Under the pieces are notes generated by a model. It did no database searches. It was not told the origin of the DNA and saw only the letters and a list, made by a program, of their open reading frames with translations. Of a stretch of DNA of 64,000 nt, positions 1-7,530 are shown one piece after another. The position numbers were made by a program, and so were the translations under genes. Source of the stretch: a virus; IMG/VR virus record IMGVR_UViG_3300036820_000015, positions 13,652-77,651 of that record; one strand, given 5' to 3'. Numbering within the stretch: position 1 is the first letter of the stretch; every line of letters begins with the position of its first letter.

Positions 1-42
1 GTACTGCTTCATAGTGGAGGAGTTCGTGGAGTCGATGGGGCT

Positions 43-1222
43 GTGACCTACGGCCAGACTGTTGCTGCCATCGCGCGCGCTTTCCCCGGCACCACTCTCG
101 TGCGTCCGTATCCCCTGCACTACGTCGGCCTCCGCTCCTGCATTGCCTGTGGCGGCGCCACGATCTACGAGGACGATGAGGGGTATGCTTGGCATCGGAG
201 GTGTGTACCTACATGACTGACCACCTGGACGTGAAGACGTATAGCGCTCTCTCTAATGAGGATCGTCAGTCTGTCGACGACTGGTTCTTGCAAGAGGTCG
301 GCAAACCGATCAACCGCGAGATGGCTACTGACATGCGGATTGGGGACGATTGGATGCTGGTGGTGGAGCGCTACGTCACGGACGAAAAGGGGATATGGAA
401 GCCGCCCGCTCGGCAGGTGACCGTGGCTTATGGGCCGGTCAAGACGGCTCCGCCATGGGGTGATTGGTGACACCGACATGACTGAACTCAGCGACGCCAC
501 CGATCAGGAGATAAGTCGAGGAACTCACCCGGCGTGGCTCTCTCCCTCGTTGCAAGTGCAGCAGATGGTCGACTTACATCGGGGTCTGGGACCGAGACGG
601 AAATACTCTTCGGTGTCAGGGATGCCGCAAGGCTGTAGCGAAATGTCAGTGTCGATGATGACCGACTTTGAGCTAAATCCGACATGACTGAGCCGATCCC
701 CCACTGGACCAGTCGGAAGTTCCGTGGCGGCCAGATGTTTACTCTCCGGGTCCAGCGAAGGACGTTGGCTCGGGTGGCGGTCCAGGACGAAGTTCTCTAC
801 CGGACGTTTTGGGAGACCAAGCTTCCTATCCGTGTAGGCAAGCACTCTTACGACGCGTCCATCCGCTATGGGTTGCCGCGCGTGGAGCAGGTGTCGTGAC
901 TGTCCATCCTCTGACTGATGATGACGAGGCCATCTATCAACGTTTGTGCATGCTCATCTCTGAAGCGGGGTACTCTTCGGAATGGGTGAATCGGGTCGGA
1001 CGATTGACTGACTGTCTGACGGTTACAGCTACCGATCATGGCAAAGAGGTTATTCCTGCTGAAGTGTGTTGGAAGGCCTTCGATCTCGCATACGGCCGGA
1101 CGCTTGGCGAAACTGAAGGCATCGTTGAGGGGAAACTCCACTGGGGAGTCGACCGAAGGACGGGGCTCATTTTCGCTGAGGTCTATGGGAATCGCCAAGA
1201 AGATGACGACGCATCCTCCTAA
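43..1222 (+). CDS. Cluster of small hypothetical phage ORFs (approx. 43-216, 213-470, 467-687, 684-899, 896-1222)
   Basis: Consecutive ORFs joined by ATGA/GTGA stop-start overlaps; no recognisable motifs. Confidence 0.6.
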
Positions 1223-1667
1223 GTTCGACATGAGCGGAAGCGTGCTATGGCAGAACTGTGTGGAGTGGGAACTCTCGTGTGACAGGTACGGATACGGACA
1301 GGTAATGATTACCGTGGCCCCCAAGCAGCGGCGTCTCATGCGTGTCCATCGTGCTGCTTGGGTGGCTATCTTTGGTGAGATTCCACCTGAGGTCCATCTG
1401 CTCCATCGCTGTGATAATCCACCCTGCTATAACCTGAAGCACTTATTCATTGGCGACCAGGCAGGCAACATGGTCGACAAGATTCGCAAAGGTCGCCAGC
1501 CGATTGCTTACAAGTTCAAGGAACGCGAGGGTCCACTGACAGCAGAGGAGATGCAAGAAGCCGAGAAACTAATAGCTCAAGGACTCTCGCAGGCCGTTGT
1601 GGGAAATATATTCAATGTCAGTCGGAGTTATATTGCCAAACGATTTAGAATATCGGCGCTCCGATGA
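1203..1667 (+). CDS. Free-standing HNH homing endonuclease (HNH_3 type) with C-terminal HTH
   Basis: YGQV...VHRAAW...LHRCDNPPCYNLKHLFIGDQAGNMVD; C-terminal SQAVVGNIFNVSRSYI helix-turn-helix. Start uncertain (1203 or 1230). Confidence 0.9.
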   Translation: MTTHPPKFDMSGSVLWQNCVEWELSCDRYGYGQVMITVAPKQRRLMRVHRAAWVAIFGEIPPEVHLLHRCDNPPCYNLKHLFIGDQAGNMVDKIRKGRQPIAYKFKEREGPLTAEEMQEAEKLIAQGLSQAVVGNIFNVSRSYIAKRFRISALR

Positions 1668-2746
1668 TTCGTCCGCCTCGCATGGACATTCCCTATCTCG
1701 GCGGCCCCGAAGACCGCATCTTCGCCGCCTTCCACGACTCCTACTCCTCAGCCGCTCACGTCTGGCGCACCATGGCCAGCCGCGTCTTCGCTCTCGACGA
1801 TCCATTGGCAGTAGCCCACACTGCAATGGACGGTGACGCTCTCAAGTTCTACGAGGCCCTTGTCCCCGAGCTCGAACTAGCCCATCGCACGGGAGCGGCC
1901 CGAGGCCGCAAGCAAGTTGCCGCAGTACACGACTGGACTTGGCCGACGGCGACTATCAAAGCGGCTATGCCCGCCTACTCCGATCCCATCTACCCCATTC
2001 GCGAACTCCACCTCCCCCGCTGGCCATCCTCCATCCGCATCCCCCCAGTGCCGCGCGCGCATCGCACCTTCGGCCACGCTCCTCTCTCCCACATAGACGC
2101 CGCCCGCGACCTCGCCCTCAACCTCGTCACCCAGGTCGACCAGACTCAACGCGACACCATCGCCGCCATGATTACCGAGGCCATCACGCGCGGCTTCGAT
2201 GCCGATCTCACCGGGCTCCGTATAGCCAATGTCGTTGGCCTCTTCCCCCGCTGGCAGCGCGCCGTCGATAATCTCTTCACCAACATGCTGAGCAACGACG
2301 TGCCGCTCAGGATCGCCCAGAAGCGCGCTGACGACTATGCCGACTCACTCCGCGAGAAGCGTGGGCGGATGATCGCGCGGACCGAGCTACTCAGAGCTAT
2401 GAATAGCGGGCGGCAGGCGGGCTGGCAGAGCATGGCGGATAAGGGTCAGCTGGACCCCGAACGCTCAATCAAGGAGTGGGTAAGTGCATCCGTTGGTGCT
2501 TGCGAGGAGTGCGACTACCTTGGTGATGTTCAGGGTAGTGGGCACGGGTACCGCGTACGCGGTATCGACGGTCTGTTCCCTACCGAGTGGGGACCGATTC
2601 CGCATCCGCCAGCGCATCCGCACTGTCGTTGCGCGTGTATCCTCCATCCGGTGTTCGTCTCCTTAGAGCGCGACTCCGATCAGGAAGCTATGGACGACGC
2701 TGATCTCAACAACCCGGAGATGGCTCAGATTCTGCATCTCGTCTGA
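1664..2746 (+). CDS. MuF / SPP1 gp7-like minor head (head morphogenesis) protein
   Basis: RMIARTE, KEW, ACEEC and PPAHPHCRC motifs characteristic of MuF domains. Confidence 0.9.
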   Translation: MIRPPRMDIPYLGGPEDRIFAAFHDSYSSAAHVWRTMASRVFALDDPLAVAHTAMDGDALKFYEALVPELELAHRTGAARGRKQVAAVHDWTWPTATIKAAMPAYSDPIYPIRELHLPRWPSSIRIPPVPRAHRTFGHAPLSHIDAARDLALNLVTQVDQTQRDTIAAMITEAITRGFDADLTGLRIANVVGLFPRWQRAVDNLFTNMLSNDVPLRIAQKRADDYADSLREKRGRMIARTELLRAMNSGRQAGWQSMADKGQLDPERSIKEWVSASVGACEECDYLGDVQGSGHGYRVRGIDGLFPTEWGPIPHPPAHPHCRCACILHPVFVSLERDSDQEAMDDADLNNPEMAQILHLV

Positions 2747-2963
2747 GCACTCGCATTGGTGCCATGTCTGGCCAATCTTCGTACACGGTGGCGTTATGCC
2801 AGACCCTTGTGGGTGCTCGCATAGGCTTCAGGCTTCCGGGGGGACAGAAGACGAGTACCCATACTTGACTGTTGTAGTTCTGATGAGCGACGACAAGTTC
2901 GCCCTCCTCACCTTTGACGTCACCTAACTCCAACTCATGGGGGAACAGGTTCAGAAAGCTCAT
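2706..2963 (-). CDS. Hypothetical protein
   Basis: Last gene of a reverse cassette; ATGA coupling to upstream gene. Confidence 0.5.
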   Translation of the reverse strand: MSFLNLFPHELELGDVKGEEGELVVAHQNYNSQVWVLVFCPPGSLKPMRAPTRVWHNATVYEDWPDMAPMRVLRRDAESEPSPGC

Positions 2964-3256
2964 GAGCGTGGTGGCATCCCGATTGGCAGCTGGACGACAC
3001 CCTCCTCGATGCAAGCGTGAGCCAGCAACTCTTGGTACTTCCGAGGGTGTCGCCGCTTGAGTTCAGTGATGGCACCGGAGTAGGTGGCTCCGTCATAACG
3101 GACGCCGGAGTGTCGAGCGCCAATAGGAGCCAGAAGGAAATACTCGGAGTGGTAATACTTGAGCAGTCGATGTCGAGCCTTCTGTCTTGCCCGGCTTCGG
3201 GCCTTCCTGTTCTCCATGCCAGCAGGTGTTCTGTGCCGCTGCTCGGACTCACGCAT
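2960..3256 (-). CDS. Hypothetical basic protein
   Basis: ORF coupled to both neighbours. Confidence 0.5.
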   Translation of the reverse strand: MRESEQRHRTPAGMENRKARSRARQKARHRLLKYYHSEYFLLAPIGARHSGVRYDGATYSGAITELKRRHPRKYQELLAHACIEEGVVQLPIGMPPRS

Positions 3257-3662
3257 GTCGGATCTCCACCTTCACTGGTCTCCCTAAATCCTCATTGTAC
3301 GAACACTGCGGTGGCAACAGTACCTGCGGATTCGGCTCCCCAATCCACGGATACTCACGGCACAACGTCGGCCGATTCTCCCAGTTCGTACAGCGCATCG
3401 CCACCGGGTCGTGGAAATCGCAGAGGTAGTAGTACGCCGTCGGACTCAACTGCCCATCGATGTCCTTCACGATCAGCCCAGCCTCCTTCAGCCAGGGCTG
3501 GATCTCGATGGCCTCGCGCCGCGTGATCGGTGTCAGGTGGTCGAGGATGTGTAGCCAGTTGTCTTCAGTGAAGCGCTCCGGGCGTGAGGCAACATCGGCT
3601 TGGGAGTAGCCAAGGGAGACGGGGCGGCAACAGGCGCCGCACCCATTACAGGTGGCTGGCAT
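3249..3662 (-). CDS. YkgJ-like (CxxCxxCC) zinc/Fe-S cluster protein
   Basis: MPATCNGCGACC...CDFHD...CTNWENRPTLCREYP pattern; start inferred at ATG 3662. Confidence 0.85.
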   Translation of the reverse strand: MPATCNGCGACCRPVSLGYSQADVASRPERFTEDNWLHILDHLTPITRREAIEIQPWLKEAGLIVKDIDGQLSPTAYYYLCDFHDPVAMRCTNWENRPTLCREYPWIGEPNPQVLLPPQCSYNEDLGRPVKVEIRHA

Positions 3663-3813
3663 CGTCCGGCTTCGCGCGTACCAATGGCCGATACGCGATA
3701 CACAAACACTGCGACGGCCCCTCCTGCACCTGACAGTACCCACTCCGATTCTGCCAGTGCCCTTCGCGCGGATCATGATTGCACTGGCAGACCACGACCT
3801 CATCACTCGCCAT
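3646..3813 (-). CDS. Small Cys/His-rich protein (55 aa, not in ORF track)
   Basis: MASDEVVVCQCNH...H...C...CLC...YRP; fills the gap between neighbouring genes. Confidence 0.55.
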   Translation of the reverse strand: MASDEVVVCQCNHDPREGHWQNRSGYCQVQEGPSQCLCIAYRPLVRAKPDDASHL

Positions 3814-4036
3814 TAGCCGCTGCCTCCATCATGCTCTTCAGGTCCTCTACGGTCAGAGACTTGGTAGCGAAAGCGTGTGCAGCAAGGAAGGCAATCAACT
3901 CGGCTGATTTCCTCTGGTAGAGGAGCACCTCGCGCTGCATGATCTGGTTGAAGGCGTCGTCATCCCGCGCCGCGAAGGTCTCCAGCAATCGGATGACGAC
4001 GTCGAAGGTCCAGAGTGGTGGGGCTTCAGATGCCAT
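3803..4036 (-). CDS. Hypothetical protein
   Basis: GGAG RBS before ATG 4036; helical protein. Confidence 0.55.
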   Translation of the reverse strand: MASEAPPLWTFDVVIRLLETFAARDDDAFNQIMQREVLLYQRKSAELIAFLAAHAFATKSLTVEDLKSMMEAAANGE

Positions 4037-4229
4037 CTCGCCACTCCTGTTCGCGTCGCGGCCTGCGCATGGGGCCGTAGTAATACTTCCGCTCATAGTG
4101 TCGGTTGATAAGCACCCACACCCCAACCGATCCCCCGACAGTGCCGATCCAGAACGGTGTCGGCCATTCAATGGCCAGCAGAATGAAGATCACCGTTGGG
4201 ATCAGCGTGACCAATCTCCATCTATCCAT
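4026..4229 (-). CDS. Small two-helix membrane protein
   Basis: Two hydrophobic segments followed by a basic tail. Confidence 0.6.
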   Translation of the reverse strand: MDRWRLVTLIPTVIFILLAIEWPTPFWIGTVGGSVGVWVLINRHYERKYYYGPMRRPRREQEWRDGI

Positions 4230-4268
4230 CCCGGCAGCCTACCCTGTCAGCCAACAGCCTCCAGTGAT

Positions 4269-4303
4269 CCCTCCCCCACTCTTCTCGCCACCCCTCCTAC
4301 GCT
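4269..4303 (+). promoter_or_regulatory. Phage promoter motif variant (CCCTCCCCCACT-N17-TACGCT), leaderless ATG at 4310
   Basis: Same geometry as the other six copies of the motif. Confidence 0.7.
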
Positions 4304-4309
4304 CGGGCT

Positions 4310-4669
4310 ATGTCCCCGACCCGCGAGGCCCTCCCCCTCGGCTCCTACGGCATGCTCGCCACCGAGCAGTGGTCCCTCTCCTTCGACTTCACCCCGACCA
4401 TCACCCTCCTGAACATCGGCACGCCCCCTACCGCCATCGCCATCGCCGCCATCGATCTGGCTACCGGGCAGCCCATCGACCCCCTGCCGACCATCACCCA
4501 GGATGGCAACCTGGTCCTGGTCGAGGTGGTGGGCAGCGGAGCCACGCCCACTCCGGGCCCGCTCGAAGCCGAGCACTCCTACATGCTCTTCGTCTCGGCC
4601 GTGCTGGACGCCAACAACACCCAGACGCTGACCAAGCAGGTCACGGTGGACGACCCCACCGGGAACTAG
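4310..4669 (+). CDS. Putative virion protein (beta-rich, 119 aa)
   Basis: Directly follows promoter motif; in the late region. Confidence 0.65.
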   Translation: MSPTREALPLGSYGMLATEQWSLSFDFTPTITLLNIGTPPTAIAIAAIDLATGQPIDPLPTITQDGNLVLVEVVGSGATPTPGPLEAEHSYMLFVSAVLDANNTQTLTKQVTVDDPTGN

Positions 4670-4713
4670 CCCTCCCGGCATAGAACTCGACTGGGAACTA
4701 GCCCTCCTCGACC

Positions 4714-4748
4714 AGGTCCCCCACTCCCGCGCGTACCCGCTCAATCAT
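4714..4748 (+). promoter_or_regulatory. Phage promoter motif AGGTCCCCCACT-N17-AATCAT, leaderless ATG at 4756
   Basis: Exact 12-mer at 4714-4725, hexamer at 4743-4748, ATG 7 nt later. Confidence 0.8.
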
Positions 4749-4755
4749 GGGCCCT

Positions 4756-5100
4756 ATGTCCGACACGGCCACACCGGCTCCCACCGACTCCACCGCCTCC
4801 TCGGTCGTCGATCCCATCTCCAAGTGCGGAGCCTGTGGCCAGTCGGACGATCACCCCAAGCACCAGGTCCTGGTGGGCTACAACAACGAGCACACCGAAG
4901 GCCAGATGTTCCATCCGCACGACTTCACGCGTGACGGGATGGTCTACTACCACTTCGACTGCGACACGCCCTTCCACGCGATGTCGGCTCATGTCCGCAA
5001 GCATCAGGCCCTCATCGATCAGGGCTTCCACGGGGCCGAGCTTCGAGCCAAGATCCTGGAAGCGACAAAGGCTGCTGACGCAGCAGAGGTGGCGGGCTGA
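4756..5100 (+). CDS. Hypothetical metal-binding protein
   Basis: CGACGQSDDHPKH...YHFDC; start reassigned to 4756 from promoter geometry. Confidence 0.7.
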   Translation: MSDTATPAPTDSTASSVVDPISKCGACGQSDDHPKHQVLVGYNNEHTEGQMFHPHDFTRDGMVYYHFDCDTPFHAMSAHVRKHQALIDQGFHGAELRAKILEATKAADAAEVAG

Positions 5101-5507
5101 TGGCCGGAGGCATTGACCAGACGCTGGCCGGGAAAGTCCTCGCCCTCCTCACCACGAACTCTGGTGGTCCGAGCGTCTCGGGGACGGTGAAGGTCAAGCT
5201 CTGTACCACCATTGGCTCGGACACCTCAGCCGGGACCGAACTCTCCTCCTCTGGATACACCACCGGTGGTCAAGTCGCTGCCGGTTGGTCATCTCCATCT
5301 GCCGGTGCCACCAACCTGACCACCACCGCTCTCTCCTGGACGGCTGGCGCATCTTGGACCCTGGAGAGTGTCGAGTTGGTTGACACCACTGGTTCCCCGG
5401 TGCGGCTCTTCTGGGCGCCTCTCACCGGCCAGCCCATCTCGGTCGCTTCGAGCAACGTCTTCACCATCCCCACGGGTGTCTCGGGCCTCGTCGTTACGCT
5501 GAGCTAA
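5100..5507 (+). CDS. Virion structural protein (fibre/baseplate-associated type)
   Basis: GTELSSSGYT...W...VELVD...LFWAPL...FTIP pattern common in phage fibre-adjacent proteins. Confidence 0.7.
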   Translation: MAGGIDQTLAGKVLALLTTNSGGPSVSGTVKVKLCTTIGSDTSAGTELSSSGYTTGGQVAAGWSSPSAGATNLTTTALSWTAGASWTLESVELVDTTGSPVRLFWAPLTGQPISVASSNVFTIPTGVSGLVVTLS

Positions 5508-5511
5508 ACCA

Positions 5512-6972
5512 ATGGCGCGGTTCGGGCGCTCCTTCCCGGTTCCCCACCACCCGGCGTCTATCGCCGCCCTCATCCCCTCTGGTGGCACCACCACCGGGGC
5601 AGCGACCGCCGCTTGCTCTACCTCGGTCTCCTGTGGTGGCAGCCTCTCCGTCGTTGGTGCTGCCTCCGTGGGAGTCGCCACGGCGGTAACGGCAGCAGGA
5701 ACCGTATCGATTATCGGAGCAGCGACAGCTGCCTGCGCCACCTCAGTCTCCGCTGCGAGTACGGTCACCATCCTCGGTGCGGCCACGGCCTCCTGTTCGG
5801 TCTCGGTCGCCGCTACCGGCACTCTCACCATCCTCGGTAGCGCTATCGCTGCTTGTGTCACCTCCATCTCGGCGCCCTCTGTCCTGACCGTTTACGGTGC
5901 CGCTGAGGCTGACACCGTCACCTCCGTCACCGTCGGTTCTGTCCTCTCGATCGTCAGTGCCGCCACTGCTGCCTGCACCACCTCAGTGACGAGTACCGGA
6001 ACGATCACCATTTTCGGCTCAGCCACTGCTGCGGCTGTGACCTCTCTGACGGTCGCCTCATCGCTCACCATCCTTTCGGCAGCGACGGCAGCCTGTACCA
6101 CCTCAGTCTCGGCCACAGGAGTCCTCACTATCTTGGCGGCGGCCGAAGCTGACTCCACCACTTCCATCACCGCCTCCCCCTCTCTTACCATCCTGGCTGC
6201 AGCGACAGCTGCCTGCTCTACCAGTGTCGTCGCTACCTCGACCGGGGAGGTCAATGGTTCAGCTGAGGCTGACACCACCACCTCAGTCTCTACTGCTGGC
6301 ATCCTTTCCATTATCGGGGCGGCTGAAGTCGATGCCGTGGTGTCGGGCTCGGCTACTGGGGTCATTACACAGTTCGCTTCGGCCTCAGTCGGTTGCGTTG
6401 TCTCCACCACCGTCACCGGAACGATCACTATCTACGGCGCCGCCGAGTCGGACGTTGTCACCAGTGTCTCGGCAGCTGGCACTCTCTCAATCATTGGTGC
6501 TGCCGAGAGCGATCTAGTGACATCGGTCTCGGCCACTGGCATTCTCACAATCTCTGCCAGTGCCGAAGCGGACAGCACTACTTCGATCCTCGCTTCCCCG
6601 ATCGGACAGGTCTCTGGCTCGGCTGAAGCTGACTCCACGATCGACGTCTCGGCGTCCGGCACCATCGTCGTGCCTGGATTCGCTGAGGCTGATTCCACCG
6701 TCTCCATCACCGCTTTCGGGAGCATTCTCGGTGGTGGTGCTGCTGAAGTCGATGCCGTGGCCTCCATCACTGTCTCCCCCTCCCTGAGCATCATCGCTGC
6801 CGCTACGGCCGCCTGTGTCCTCTCCGTCTCTGTTACCGCTACTCCGAGCGCCACGACCCAGTCCGTCCTCTTCACCGCCAATCCGCCGAACACCCTCTTC
6901 TATGCTCCGGTCCCCTCCCCCTTCTTCACCGCCAATCCGCCGATCACCATCTTCTTCTCCCCAATCCCTTAG
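5512..6972 (+). CDS. Ala/Ser/Thr/Val-rich 20-aa repeat fibre-like virion protein
   Basis: About 21 tandem 20-residue repeats of type GAA(TAAC/EAD)xTSVSAxGxLxI. Confidence 0.75.
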   Translation: MARFGRSFPVPHHPASIAALIPSGGTTTGAATAACSTSVSCGGSLSVVGAASVGVATAVTAAGTVSIIGAATAACATSVSAASTVTILGAATASCSVSVAATGTLTILGSAIAACVTSISAPSVLTVYGAAEADTVTSVTVGSVLSIVSAATAACTTSVTSTGTITIFGSATAAAVTSLTVASSLTILSAATAACTTSVSATGVLTILAAAEADSTTSITASPSLTILAAATAACSTSVVATSTGEVNGSAEADTTTSVSTAGILSIIGAAEVDAVVSGSATGVITQFASASVGCVVSTTVTGTITIYGAAESDVVTSVSAAGTLSIIGAAESDLVTSVSATGILTISASAEADSTTSILASPIGQVSGSAEADSTIDVSASGTIVVPGFAEADSTVSITAFGSILGGGAAEVDAVASITVSPSLSIIAAATAACVLSVSVTATPSATTQSVLFTANPPNTLFYAPVPSPFFTANPPITIFFSPIP

Positions 6973-7005
6973 GTCCCCCACCCCGCGCGCGCTGCCTGCT
7001 ATCTC
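6971..7005 (+). promoter_or_regulatory. Phage promoter motif AGGTCCCCCACC-N17-TATCTC, leaderless GTG at 7013
   Basis: 11/12 match to the motif, CG-repeat spacer, in-frame GTG 7 nt after the hexamer. Confidence 0.7.
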
Positions 7006-7012
7006 TGGACTC

Positions 7013-7294
7013 GTGCCTCCCGCCCCAGCCAGTCCGACGCCGGACCCGCCCATCGTGGCTCTCACTCCTCCTGTGGCCCCCGTTCCGGTTACGAAGAAGT
7101 CGTTCTGGTCCCGCTTCGACCTCAGTGACGCCTGGCACTTCATCGTCCTCTACGGCGCCACCCTCATCTCCACCGGCACCATCACCTCGATCCCGAAGAC
7201 GAAAGACGCCCTCCTGGCTCTGATCCCCGGGGCTGTCTCGGTGCTCGTCCATCAGATCACCAAGCAGAACCAAGCGAGCCAGCCAGCCCCATGA
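7013..7294 (+). CDS. Small membrane protein, possible holin
   Basis: Pro-rich N-terminus, two hydrophobic segments (FIVLYGATLISTG; ALLALIPGAVSVLV). Confidence 0.5.
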   Translation: MPPAPASPTPDPPIVALTPPVAPVPVTKKSFWSRFDLSDAWHFIVLYGATLISTGTITSIPKTKDALLALIPGAVSVLVHQITKQNQASQPAP

Positions 7295-7521
7295 CCACGG
7301 TCGCCAACCTCCATTCCGTGTTAGCCAGTGATGGAGCGATTGGTGGGATGACGCTCACCGGAGGCCGCGCTCCGCGCACCGCGCGCGCGGGGAGAGTGTG
7401 CGAGCACCCAAGTTGCAGCACCGTTCTCTCGATCTACAATCAGTCGGAGGGGTGTGCCGAGCACTCGAAGCCGGTGGATCTCCGACGGACACTCGGGGTT
7501 CAGGTACCCTCAGCGCGGTAG
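7291..7521 (+). CDS. Small zinc-finger protein
   Basis: RVCEHPSC.T.LS.YN...CAEH. Confidence 0.6.
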   Translation: MTTVANLHSVLASDGAIGGMTLTGGRAPRTARAGRVCEHPSCSTVLSIYNQSEGCAEHSKPVDLRRTLGVQVPSAR

Positions 7522-7530
7522 CGTGTCGGG

